A program made the translations under genes and the position numbers. A stretch of DNA of 57,837 nt, counting the filler, from Asterionella formosa (taxonomy: Eukaryota): assembly GCA_002256025.1 (NCBI GenBank). It is 4 parts of 4 records of this genome, joined end to end, with 100 filler letters (N's around TTAATTAATTAA, not from the genome) between each part and the next. Parts side by side here need not be neighbours in the genome. Positions count along the whole stretch, not along the records: positions 14,513 to 28,898 come from NKIB01006008.1; positions 28,999 to 43,368 come from NKIB01006017.1; 2 more parts are not named here. The stretch is one strand, 5' to 3'. This document shows, in pieces, positions 24,661 to 36,799 of this stretch (its first letter is position 1; each line of letters begins with the position of its first letter). The notes beneath the pieces were generated by a model. The model was not told the DNA's origin. It made no database searches and saw nothing but the letters and a program-made list of their open reading frames with translations.

Positions 24661-25161
24661 ATTTACTATGCCAAATAAAGTGATTCCCCCCGATATATTT
24701 TTAACCCTACCTCTATCCTAGAGTTAAACCCTACCTCAATTCTAGGGTTGAATCCTACCTCTACCGGTATCTTTGGTACCGTATGTCCCCAAGTACTTTA
24801 ACCCAAAATTGCAATTCGTCAGGAGAAGCAACCTGTTTTTTTCCCTAATTAGCTGAATTTATCAAATTTTGTCCAGTCGTTGTTCTACGGCCGGCGGGCG
24901 CGAACCGTTAGAAGTTTCATATACTTTAATTTCTTAACGGCTGCCGAGTCGGGAAATGGAGATGTGTCGGTTTTGGGAATGTGAATTATCTTACCGGTAT
25001 GTAACTGAAGAAGCAAAATTACCGCAGCTTGTAGGTACATAATAACGATGATGCATCTGACTTCGAGCTTCGTTGCTTATTTTTTTATTATGATTGGCTG
25101 TTCCTAGCAGATGATGATCATGCTTACTGGTATATTATGATGCTTGTTTATGAATTAATAG

Positions 25162-26866
25162 GAGGTGGAGTCTTATCATTTTAAGTTGTGCGAATTTGAA
25201 TTCGCCTTGGCTGTTGTACACAAGTATGCTTGGCTGGTTGCTGACCGTGTCGTATCTAGTTGTCACATTCCATTCGATTTGGAAGGCGTCACTTCCTTTA
25301 CGGCGGTGCCAGGCAGAACTATTACACAGCCAACAGTGCTTTTATCCTATTCTTCATCCTGGCCATCACATTGGAGTGCAGCTGATCGTGCAGGAGTCGA
25401 ACAAGCAATGGCAACCCATAGATTCCTGCAAATTCAATGCGACATTGCCAGCTACAGGATCCTTACCAACACTCATCGTCAACAACGATGGGACGACGCC
25501 ATTCTGCAATCTGACTTTGACAGAATCGTCACGGGTGCGGTGGAGTCAACAACTGAACAATCTACAGCAAGCTGGAGGACCCCTACAGGCCAAGTTTCGT
25601 ATCCGTTCCATCACTAAGGAAGGCTCTTATGGCCCTGTCCTAGCTGATGCGTATGTTACGTTGACAAGAATTGTGGAGCGACGTTTGGAAGCCATCCCCT
25701 ACCTCAAATACGCCACTCAACCGATACTGATTAGATTCGTTGCTGAGGATCGGGCCTATGGAGGACCGCGCCCAATAGCCAGAAACGATGGTATGCTTCT
25801 TTCGATTGCTCCTTGGAACCAATCAGCATATTTGCCAATGTTTTATGTGGACGAGAATGGATTACAACATGGCAGTCAAAGGGAAATTGCAGCCAACGGA
25901 ACTCTAAGACAACCAGTATCCTTCAAGATTCAACTAAGTAGTTTGACACCCTTTCGAGACACGGTAACGCAACAAGTAAACATTGCAGTTTCCATGGCCG
26001 AATCGTTTCTTCCCGGTAGTGAACTTGACGACCTTCGATACTTCTTGCGAGATGAACGGCTCTATCGGTTCTTTCTGACTCAAGTCATCTCGTTTGTACA
26101 TGTGTGGTTAGAGTATCTTGCATTTCGAGACGAAATACGCTTTTATCGTGGCAAAACCAATTTTGTTGGCGTGTCGGTATCAAGTGTAGTGACCAGGATG
26201 GTGTGCTCCTTCATCATCTTTCTATATCTTTTAGATGGTGGTGGGACGAGTTGGGTCATACTTTTGAGTGTCGCTAGTGGAGTTTTGGTTGATTTTTGGA
26301 AGGTGCTAAAGTTGATACAACCAACATTAATACTATCGTTTCCGTTTGTGAAATTCAACAGAGTTCAAAGCGCCAACGAAAAAAAGACATCACAATACGA
26401 TTCCATCGCAATGACCTACTTGGCCATTGTGCTATACCCCATTGTCATTGTTTGGGCAATTTATGCACTAATTCATGAGTCGTATACATCCTACTACTCT
26501 TGGCTTGTTTCCAATCTTGCCAATGCAGTGTACACCTTTGGATTCATTGGGTTGTGTCCACAATTGTACGTCAACTATCGACTCAAGTCAGTTGCTCACC
26601 TTCCATGGAAGGTCTTCATGTACAAAATTTTCTCCACTTTTGTGGATGATGTGTTTGCCTTTCTCATTGACATGCCCTGGAAGCACCGAATTATGACTCT
26701 ACGGGATGATGTTGTGTTTGTCATGTTCCTTGTCCAGGCCTATACATATCGAGTTGACAAAAGCCGTCCGAATGAATATGGTTATGCATATTGTGAAGGA
26801 GGTGAAATGGAGGGCGAGGAATTGAATGCCGCAATATCCGACCAGATACATGAAAAGATGGAATGA
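25162..26866 (+). CDS. CLPTM1/CLPTM1L-family membrane protein (first exon not resolved)
   Basis: Motifs EYLAFRDEIRFY, IIFLYLLD, YTFGFIGLCPQLYVNYRLKSVAHLPW, TFVDDVFAFLIDMP and YRVDKSRPNEYG. No in-frame ATG near the 5' end; candidate acceptor AATAG ends at 25161. Confidence 0.92.
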
Positions 26867-27027
26867 GACAAAAAGGTTGCTACTACCTAGGAGGACCATT
26901 TTCTCTAAACATAAATATAGACACTGATCGACAATATAAGGATTCCCTGGCACCGGAAATCACCATGTATGCGTAGTGGCAAAAAGTAGGCTAGTATCCA
27001 CTTTCTCCAAACGCAAACGATGGGGCC

Positions 27028-27076
27028 ACCTAGACTTTTAGAGTGGAGGATACCTAGACTTTTAGAGTGGAGGATA
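27028..27076. repeat. Perfect 24-bp tandem duplication
   Basis: ACCTAGACTTTTAGAGTGGAGGAT occurs twice in tandem. Confidence 0.9.
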
Positions 27077-27640
27077 TGTGAGTTTGCATCGTCTTTTCTT
27101 CGTGCATTTCTTATCTTCCACTGATGGGTATTGTACATAAATGCTAATTACATATATATACTGTACATATTCGTAAATTATCACCTATCGACCCTAATAG
27201 ACAATAAAATTGCCTACCTACATACCGGGTAGACCATGATAGAATAAGAAGCAAGCAGGGCCAGTGGTGCGGTCGTATGTTGTTTCAACATTTAGAGCAT
27301 AAGATATCTTACCGGTTGACGAAATATCATGTATACTGTGTACTGTACAGTTAGTTGGCTATGCCGGTAGTCAGTATACCGTTAAGATAAGTGATATTCA
27401 GTAGCAACCGTTTTTCTGCAACTACAGTATATAGGGTGGAGATCTATTCTGTTGATAGAAAATTGAACGAAAGCATTTATTATTACCGGTATTCTTCTTT
27501 GCCCCAAATGATAGCAACACAAATTTAGTCGTTTGCAAACGAGTAACATGGTTTTACTCAACAAATACCTTTCACTAAAAGTATGAAAATATGCACACAA
27601 GAACAGTCAGCACAGTATACTGACTGGTGACAGGGCTCCC

Positions 27641-28555
27641 CTAAGCGATGATGACGACTGCAAGAGCAAAGGCAAGGCTGGTGGCAGCCAGGGCATTGCT
27701 GGACCACATGATTGCACCACTGGTGAATGGGGCTTTGGTTGGGGCCTTCGTGGAAGGAGGAGTGCTTGCTGGCGCGCCACTCGCAGCAGCAGGAGAGGGT
27801 TGTGATGTAGCACCAATGGACACAGGTGCAGTGGGAGCAGGAGCCATGGTACCAGCAATTGGAGGTGTAGTCACAGGAGCATCTGATGTAGCAGGTGTAG
27901 GAACTCCAGTAGATACTGGGGCCATAGTAGTGGAAGTCACAGGAGCCATAGGGGGCATAGTGGTAGGAGACACGGGCGGCTTAGTGGTGGAAGGCACAGG
28001 AGCCATAGGGGGCATAGTGGTAGGTGCCACAGGCGGCATAGTAGGGGAAGTCACAGGAGCCACTGGTGGCATAGTAGCGGAAGCCATAGGAGCCATGGTT
28101 GTCTGGTTAGTTCCAGGACAACCACAAATCGATTGCACTGGGGCTAAGTCACCGGTGTATAGTGAGCAGGTTGAACTACTAGCGATACCAAGAAGATTAT
28201 TAAAGTCCAAGCAGGTAGCATTGAAAGTAGGGATTGTAGAACTGGGATTTCCAGGTGAGGCTCCATTTGGGCACAAGAAGCATTCCTGGACAGAGCCAGG
28301 ACAACCACAAAAAAAGTCCAAATTAGTAGACGATGTAATATTCAGACACTCCTTGCTATCCGACGAGAGGAGTTTAACAACAGTTTCAATATAACCACAT
28401 GTCAGGCCTTGGAACCGAGGAATAAAGGGATTTTCCAGTGGTAAACCAGGGTTTGGTACAGCCGAGCCATCACGGCACACAGCACAGTTTTGCGCCAACG
28501 TGGAAGCAATAGCAAAGGGAGCAAGGATAAGGAGACGAAGAAGCGCCATTTTCAT
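27641..28555 (-). CDS. Secreted, probably GPI-anchored surface protein with two Cys-rich repeats and a Pro/Thr-rich mucin-like stalk
   Basis: Signal peptide, two CxxCxxG...TC...C...CGCPG units, TMPP(V/M)AP repeats and a hydrophobic C-terminal tail after SGA. Confidence 0.85.
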   Translation of the reverse strand: MKMALLRLLILAPFAIASTLAQNCAVCRDGSAVPNPGLPLENPFIPRFQGLTCGYIETVVKLLSSDSKECLNITSSTNLDFFCGCPGSVQECFLCPNGASPGNPSSTIPTFNATCLDFNNLLGIASSSTCSLYTGDLAPVQSICGCPGTNQTTMAPMASATMPPVAPVTSPTMPPVAPTTMPPMAPVPSTTKPPVSPTTMPPMAPVTSTTMAPVSTGVPTPATSDAPVTTPPIAGTMAPAPTAPVSIGATSQPSPAAASGAPASTPPSTKAPTKAPFTSGAIMWSSNALAATSLAFALAVVIIA

Positions 28556-28898
28556 GTAAAAGAAGGTGCTACTGCTGATCTGGAGTCAAAGGAAAGTCCG
28601 TGTGAGCGATGCCTTTAATACATAATAGGAAGTTTTTGAGCAAGCAAACGAATCAAGCAACAGACCTTTCGGATAGTGGGAAGCAGAAGGGAATAATGAT
28701 ACTTGAGCTTCTTGTCAGAAACTGCGGGTGCAATTTTATGATCCATTCATTTTAATTCTTATTTTCGTATAATTGTTACGCCGTGTCACAAGATACTTTG
28801 GGGGAACGATTTTGGCAGCTGGGGATCTTCACAAGAAGTGTTGTTGGCTGTGATGAGAACGCTTCTTGAGAGTTTGCTTTTGAAGTAACAATCGAACA

Positions 28899-28998
28899 NN
28901 NNNNNNNNNNNNNNNNNNNNNNNNNNNNNNNNNNNNNNNNNNTTAATTAATTAANNNNNNNNNNNNNNNNNNNNNNNNNNNNNNNNNNNNNNNNNNNN
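28899..28998. other. Artificial scaffold spacer
   Basis: N44-TTAATTAATTAA-N44. Confidence 0.97.
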
Positions 28999-29154
28999 TG
29001 GAACAGTTACACGAAAGACAGTAGAGTTCCCACTCACACTTACAGCACCAGGACGAGAGGTAGCAGTCGTGATACTGCCATCATCAGATTGGATCGTAGA
29101 AGCGGAATTGGAAACTTCTTTACTCTTGTTGCGTTTGATGAAACCTGACAACAT
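28999..29154 (-). CDS. N-terminal fragment of a gene cut by the scaffold end
   Basis: ATG-initiated MLSGFIKRNK...FRVTVP runs into the spacer. Product cannot be assigned from this fragment. Confidence 0.55.
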
Positions 29155-29857
29155 CGTGTTTCGTTTCGTTCTTTCCTTTTGATCTTACTAGTTACTACTG
29201 ACTAGTACTACTGACAATTACGAATGAATGAATGGATGAATGAATGAATGGATGGATGGAGAACAAATGTTTGGTTGTTGTTTGTTTGTTCTACAACGTC
29301 CTTTTTCTATTTTATATATTGTTTGTACTGGCTGCTTGTACTTGCTGCTTGCTGCTGATTTGCTGCTGCTTGTTCAAGAGGAGGAAAGCCTGCACCACTT
29401 TTTTTCCCCTGTCTGAGGAGGGAAGGAGGACGAGAGAAAGAATCATGTTCCATTCATGCATGTCGTGGAGATCTGTACCAGAGGTACATATATAGTAGAA
29501 CCACTGTATCACGGTACCAGTAGTTGTATCTACCAATCTACTTACTAAAAGCAAGTACCCAAGTACGTAACATGATACCGTAGATGAATACCGCTTCACC
29601 GGTAGTTCCCAGGTAGTCTACTGTACATCATCAATATATATATTTATATATACAATGTACGCAAGATACAGTACTTGAAAGTATATGTATATGTATTTGT
29701 ATATGCCGTAGAATATCACGTTTTTTAAATACATGCCTGAGACGAAGTGGACTTTATGTAGAACCTACCTATCTACTAGTAGACCTAGTCTACCTTTAAG
29801 TACATACCGGAATCATAATTCCGGTAGCTACAGTTGTGTGGTATCATCCACAGATTC

Positions 29858-29888
29858 ATACATACATACATACATACATACATACATA
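29858..29888. repeat. (ATAC)n microsatellite; a (TGAA/TGGA)n tract lies at ~29222-29260
   Basis: Directly visible tetranucleotide repeats. Confidence 0.85.
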
Positions 29889-30299
29889 CCGGTAGATACC
29901 CCGGTATATACTAATATATATGATACCTATGTTGTTATGTAAACAGTACTCCATCATAGAACTGGTACCAGGTAGGTACCTGGTAGTACCCCTGCTACGG
30001 GCAGAAGATCGTCGAGGTGTGTGTGTCATCACCAAAATGCGAGTCATGATTCATATTCAAAAAAAGCAACAGCAAGGGAGGGGAGCAGGACGGATGCATA
30101 CTACTACATGCCGGTAATATACTACCGGTATTTTACAACGTAACCTACCGTGAGGTATACCCGGGTATACGACATACTACCGGTAGGTACACACAACCAC
30201 GAACGTTTAGTGTTTTATCCACCACACACACTCCTCCTCCGACACGACATTATATCTTACTACATATCGTACTATGTAACGTAGTAGTTGTTTACGACT

Positions 30300-31800
30300 G
30301 GGGGCGCACGTCGAAATGTACAAAGATATTTTGTCATGATGTGGAAATTATTGTACTCATAACCCCAAATTTTGGGCAACATACATACAAATTTTTTAAC
30401 AGTTGGAAATTATAGTGCAATATATAAAATTATAGAGTTTATTCATCTATGACTACATATAATTTGCCAGAATATTTCAAGACTTGCTCATACCTGAAAT
30501 GATGGCCTGCTCTCAGCAAAAAAGGTATGCATACATGATGTGCCTAGCTACTACTAGCTAGCTAGTAGTAGCTAGTACATAGTAGTAGTAGCTAAGCTCA
30601 TTATTCAAACTTAAGGTATCTATCTAGTATGTGTTTGCCAACAATGCATGATTGTCCATTTATATTGCTATCCTCCTGTCATATTCATCCTTATCTGGAC
30701 AAGATATGCAAGTGGTCCTAGCTAGCTAGTACCCCTAGTAAGCAAGATGATAGTACAATTCGTTATTCAATCTCTTGTCAAAGAAGAACAAGCTCACAAC
30801 AACAAGAATGATAAGGGAGTGTTGCTGGATTCTATTTTTCAAGTGGTGAAATATCGTCTTTTTCATGTGTTGGGGGGGAGAGGCTATGGTGGCAGCCAAG
30901 AAAAATGACCAGGAGATGAGAAGAAATATGATAATGGCACACTTGCTTGTTTGTCAGTATGGCTGATTCTTGCTTGTAGTTGCGACTTTCTATAATGCAT
31001 TGATCTCATCAATATTTGATCCAATTAAAGCCAACATTGTCAGTGACCAATGATGGAAAGATTATGCATCTCAACAAATCAATAGTATTACTATATTTTT
31101 AATGAATAAGAGGAGGCATAACAAATGGGAGGATGCATTCTTGCTGTGAAAATTTAACTGTTAAAAAATATAGTTAAATTTTTTTGATGTCAGATAAGTA
31201 ATCTAAAATAATAAGAATATCAGAGCGCAACGACAATCTCATACATCAAATCACGAAGGAATATTTGTGATATAATAATTTTGTCACATATTAATTTGGT
31301 ATGATTTCGAAGCACACCCGCCCACTGACTATATTCTGAAAAGAATATCGACCTTGGAACAGAATGTGCTCGTTTATTGTTGCAAACTGATGGTGGGGCT
31401 GACCACAACGCATCACATGTTTATGTCCAAGCTGCTACTACTTTGGCCATGTGTCTCCTCCTGGATCTTGATATGTGTGTTCTGATTCACACTGTTGCAG
31501 CCAGGCCACAGTTGGTACAATTTTCTATCTTGCCATGAATGGCATGTCATTGGCACGCCCTAAAATGATGAAAGAGCACAACAAAGTAATCATGGCAAAA
31601 TTTGGAGGTCTTGGAGTCATCCGTGCTTCTTTCCGGGGAGGCATCATAGAATTTTCGAGAGAGTCTCATTGGTAGCATTGGCGAATTTTATTACAAGATG
31701 TGTTGTTTAAGCAGATTGTCCCGTCTTCCACAGATGACATCGATCGCCTCCTGTTTGCTATTTTGAGTATTGATTCCTCTACTCTTGATTTGGAGCAGCT
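30300..31800 (+). mobile_element. Decayed DDE transposase relic, Zator-like (boundaries approximate)
   Basis: 31380-31630 reads, with frameshifts, LQTDGGADHNASHVYVQAATTLAMCLLLDLDMCVLIHT-PGHSWYN-LAMNGMSLARPKM. This resembles the TDGGxDH...DLD...TAPxxSxxN core of Zator/TP36-related transposases. Confidence 0.5.
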
Positions 31801-32274
31801 GACTGTACCAGGTACCGGTAAACTGGTACTCGAGCTGATTTTAATATATACCTTTGTGCGTATTCAGCAACGAAGATTCAATATAACGTTTAAACACGAA
31901 CCATTAGCATACATGTTGGAATACCGGTACTTCCTATTTATAAACCGGTATGCGTTTTGGCGTTGAGCAACGAAGACAAACTAATAACGTTTAAATATCA
32001 TTACCCCTCCGTACTAGCCAACCGAACAATTTTGACTTCCTCAAAAAAGGCATTGAGGTTCCTGCATTTCAACCCTAGTTTATAGGTAGGGTTAAAAATT
32101 GTATTGATTCAGAGTACTACTCAAACACACACTTCTAAGGAGTAAAACATAAGTGTATATCGCTAAACAGAGCTTTCACCAATTTAGCAGTACCCTCCTT
32201 CCATATGCTTAGAAACAGTCATTGATCAAAGCAGGGGTAAAGTTCAATGGTATATATTGTCAGAATATAGGATT

Positions 32275-32398
32275 TGGCGAGAAACTGCACAAGGAACTTC
32301 GTTTTTTTTTACTGTCTTACTAAGACTGGAAATTTCGGAGGAAATCATTTGCTTGGAATAGTAAAAAAACCGAAGTTCCATTCTGCAGTTTCTCGCCA
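32275..32398. repeat. Inverted repeat with ~39-bp arms and ~46-bp spacer (MITE-like or hairpin)
   Basis: TGGCGAGAAACTGCACAAGGAACTTCGTTTTTTTTTACT pairs with AGTAAAAAAACCGAAGTTCCATTCTGCAGTTTCTCGCCA. Confidence 0.85.
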
Positions 32399-32741
32399 GA
32401 AGTTATATAGTACTGATGCTTTTTGAAGGTTACCTATGTATCTAAATCGCCTTCATACCCAGCCAACAATGAGCTATTGTCACCCAAAATTTCGAAAAAT
32501 TCGTCCCTTTCTATCGTCTCCAAAATATCGAAATCAGAACCACTTTAGCACCACAAAGTCATCATCTTAATCAGAGTCTTGTGATGCAATATTTAGTCGT
32601 ACAATTAGTCGTACCATAAATTCCATTATAAGTGCGCACAGTATTATACCCGGTATATTTTCTGATTGGCTATTGCGAAATACTTATATATAAATCATTT
32701 TTATAGCGCTTTAGTATGGTCTATTTCTAGGCTTCGTCTTC

Positions 32742-33900
32742 TTAATTGCGCCCCATGTCCCATACACCATGTTTGGTGGGGCGGTGGATAGTGGTGGTCA
32801 CTCCCTCGTATGGGAGTATGTAAAAGAATTTGACACTGATGTTTTGTGCATCGTGTGCTTGGAACGATGTGTGTGTAATGTCAGCGAATGTACCTGACTG
32901 AATTTTTGATTGCGTCTGATTTGTCGTGGTGCTGTTGTGATGGATTTGTAGGCTTTCTGCTGTGACAAAATAGGTTGAAGTACTAATGTAATGATTTTTG
33001 TCCTGTTTTTGCAAAAAACTTTGATTGATCTATATAATGTACTCTGCTCTCTCTAAGAATCTCTTCTTCTTGGAAAGCCTCCCAGTCAATATTTGTGAGA
33101 GTGCTTTTGTAAATAAGTGGTGATCCCTAATGCATGTCTCCATTTGTTGGGCATACGCTCAGATTATCCTGGAATTCTATTCCGAATGTAGTATGGTATG
33201 ATTTTTTCCTTGTGCAAGATCTCAATGAAGCTACAATGAAAAGGAGTAGTGTTATGCTAAAAATGTATTTCTTGATGAAATCATAGATGTGATTATCATT
33301 ATGCCTTGTGTTCGTTCTTGGTAGAACAGTGAGATGTTCCGGTACCATTGTGCTAGTTGGTTGTTTGTTGTGGGTGTTTGTGTTTTGTAAAAACAGTCTT
33401 GTTCTTGATTTCGTATATATCATTGCTGTTGCGGGTGTGCTCATAATGCCTTCTGATGGTTCTTGGCAGTGAGATCTTCCAGTATCATTTTCACTTTGTT
33501 GCTTGTGTGCTTGTTGGTTGTTGCTTGCTGTGGGCGCTTGTTGTCAGCCACTTGTGTGTACTGAAAACTGTCCTCTTGTTCTTGATTTTGTAGATGTCGT
33601 GCGTTCGTTCCTGTTTTGGCGCTTGTGATAGCATTTGATTCTTTCATGGATGACATTTCCACGATGGTGGCACTTGTGGTTGTTGGATGAAGTGAGAGGT
33701 AAGGTGCTTGCTTGCATCAACCTGTTGATTGTCATTTCCACTAGTAGCTGCATTCAAATACATACAACAAGTCTTCGATTGTTTCTGTAAAATGTTAGCA
33801 GCAGGGCGGCCACTCATGGTAGCGTCCTTTGAGGTGGTCAACAGCCCTGTGGAAAAGTGGAGCAAACCATTCCCCCCCCCCCACCCAGTTAGCAGTAGAG
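32742..33900 (-). mobile_element. Fragmented ORF region, possibly a retroelement relic
   Basis: Overlapping broken A/C-rich ORFs, an NIDWEAF segment and a poly-C tract. No catalytic motif recognised. Confidence 0.2.
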
Positions 33901-34722
33901 TACTAATTTTTGCTTGAACAAATCAAGCCCAGTCATTGTTGTTGTGACAATGCTTTTTGTATTTATGAGTACCAGTAGTTTTTTTGTATAGCTTCGTTGT
34001 GCTGATGAAATTACTTCTACATGATGTTTCTACAACGAAACATACCAGCGCTAAAGCAAACTCCTAAAAAATTTATTGTTGTTACTTCACAATTTTTAAC
34101 TAATGTGCTGGCCACCAAGATTGGCTGACAAATTTTCTTTCTCTTGATTGCAGCAACGAAACAAAATTAATTTAGCTGTAAACAAAACGATGCAAAGAAA
34201 TTAGAATTGTTTTTACAATACCATCAAAATTAATTAGTTCCCTTTTATAGTCGCATCTATCATGGTTTGAAGCAAAACATGTTGTTGCATGTGCTATGAT
34301 ATATGCATAAACGGCCACACACAAAAAAGTCAAACACGGAAACAATTAAACCCGGCATGATGATGCAACATACATACCGGGATCTATCATACTAAAATGG
34401 CAACAGTGACTACGAAAAAGTACTCAAAGTATGAGTTAACGACACATACAGGGTACTCGGAGTACCAGGTACCTGGAACATATCGTACGATAGCCACAGT
34501 ACCTGGTACATGGTCCCGGTACCTGGCAATGAGACGAAGTATTCTTTGCTGCTGTACAAAAATAGAAAAAGGGCATCATAATATTTTATACTTTTCACAA
34601 CTCTGCTCACTTTGTTTGTGTTGATTGAATATCATCACAAGGGGTGTAACATAGGGGTTCCCCTCTTCTACACTTCCATTAGCTACTTGTTGTTCACTCT
34701 CTATCATATAACATCATCCATC

Positions 34723-36799
34723 ATGTCGACAACAGCAACAACAACAAAGGTTTGGTTCAAGCTGTTTCTTGGACGCAAAGAACTAAAGCCCTTTAAAGTT
34801 ACTTTGAATCAGAATGATGACATTGCTGACTTGATGGAAGCTGTGAAGAGTACATGTGAAAATAGTCTTCAAGGTGTTTCCTCAGCACAGCTTCGTATGT
34901 ACCCACCTGGAACTAAAGTGCCGATTTCTGAGGAAGATGATGATGCATCCTTGGATCCTGGAGATCTTGTTGATGATTTGAATGGGGGATCTAGCAGCAA
35001 AGATGCCTTCGTGATTGTTGCACCTGATATTGGTATGTTTTCTGATCTCATGGGATCATGCCCTCTATTGTATGGTATTGTATTTCGTATTGGACACATT
35101 AAACTCACGTTTGATCATATCGTATCATCCATCCCTTACATTCTCGTTACTATTGGAAAAGACCAAAGAAGGGCGAATTGTCAGAAACTAAAATATGACT
35201 GGAACATTGACTTTTTATCAGCTGAGCTGGAGAAGAAACTCAGTGCTTATTTCGATCAATTGAAAAAGGAGCAGAAGAAACGAAGCGTTCAAAACACAAT
35301 TCATGTCTACAAAATTTATCCGAATGAGCAAAATCCTCATCTTCCTTTATGCGCTTTATCTCCCACTGATTGTTACTGGAGAGAACATCACTATAGTGAG
35401 AATTTCGAGGATTGTGATACAAGGGGAATCTTATATCGTCCCAAAATTGTAAAGGAAATGATGAATGTAGTTGACGAGACCTTCAAGAAAAAGCATCGAA
35501 CTGGAATCATGATTAAGGGACCGCATGGAATTGGCAAGTCGCACTCACTTGTCAACTTGGTTCGTACACTGCAATATGACAGCAACTGCAAGTAACTCGT
35601 AACTTTCATTCCAGACTGTCAAGAATGGAAGGGTGTTTTCGATTTGTACACTGCAATCTGCAATTCATTTGGAACTTCATTTTCAGATCTCACGTGGCAA
35701 ATGGGCTCCGACGTGGACGAACAATTGGAACTTCTGAATACTTTTGTCGATGCCATTGACTTGATTCTTCAACGTATGGATAGGAGATGGGTCCTAGTTT
35801 TCGATCATATAAACAGATTGTTTATTCGACCAGTGCTAAATGGAGCCAACGATCTGGGCTCGCTTCCCTTTCCTTTTAGTGCCATCAACAACATATTTAT
35901 CAAGGGAGGCCGCATTGTCACCATTATTGCAGCTTCAACAGACAATGAGGTGGACTACAAGGATAGTCATCCAGGTTTTGAGGAGTACAATCACTCACCC
36001 TTGCAACATGGATTTGAAAGAAATAAAGCTCGCCTATGCGGAATTGGCTACCCGCAATGACAGCGAAAAAATCTTACAGGTGACTGGTGGGGTGCCCTTG
36101 CAGGTGAGGAAACTGATTTCTCTCAAGTTTTCTATTGAAAATTATGAACGGGATGAATTGGTCTCCATTCGACATTCTCTTCAAAAATTTGCGCGTTTCG
36201 AGAAAACAAAATTGACGTTTGATGGTATCACAGCATCTGCAGTTGGTTGCGTTTTGTCAAATACAGGCGATCGAATACATTATGACAGAAAGTATTCAAT
36301 TCCTAGTGAGGGAAAGGAGCCTTATCACTTTATGCCTTTGTATCCCTTGGTGTTGGTAGCCTATCGAACCTTCTTTTGGAAGGACATTGTTGCTTTTGTC
36401 CATAAACATGAAAAAGTACTTTTGGGTGTCTGTGCCAACCCTGATTTGATACATGATGATGCTCGCCGTCGTATTTTTGAACTCCTTGTAATCACTCGCT
36501 GTTCAATCAATGCAGATGTAAGTTTCGAGAGACTTTTGCCATTGAAGAAATGCAATCTCATTGAAACCTTTGATTCCAATAAGTTGCCAGAAAGTATGAA
36601 TATGGATGGAATGTATGTACCCCAAAACTCCATGTTTCCTGCCATTGATCTGATCTGGAAATGTGGCAAAAAGGTCTGTCTTGCATTCCGTCCGGGACAG
36701 TCCGTCTATCCCCCCCCACAGCATCCAGAACAAACGACATGCAGGAATCAACAACAGCCATTCAAGGAAGTGATGATATACACTAAAATCATGCGATAG
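34723..36799 (+). pseudogene. Crinkler (CR)-like protein: ubiquitin-like header + P-loop NTPase + restriction-endonuclease-like domain; disrupted
   Basis: Header VWFKL...DIADLMEAVK...QLRMYPPG...VIVAP; probable intron 35033-35161; Walker A GPHGIGKS, Walker B VLVFD and TGGVPL; REase-like YVPQNSMFPAIDLIW. In-frame TAA at 35593, TCAC duplication frameshift at 35991-35998, apparently truncated C-terminus. Confidence 0.75.

Noticed and set aside
27648..28394. 248-aa Gly/Val/Ala-rich plus-strand ORF
   Set aside because: Antisense shadow of the Pro/Thr-rich surface protein.
24701..32095. A single 7.4-kb TTAA-flanked transposon carrying CLPTM1 and the surface protein
   Set aside because: The two inverted motifs lie on different scaffolds separated by an artificial spacer.
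35593..35595. Stop-codon readthrough or recoding in the Crinkler-like gene
   Set aside because: The codon is TAA, there is an independent frameshift downstream, and other genes in the window terminate normally at TAA.
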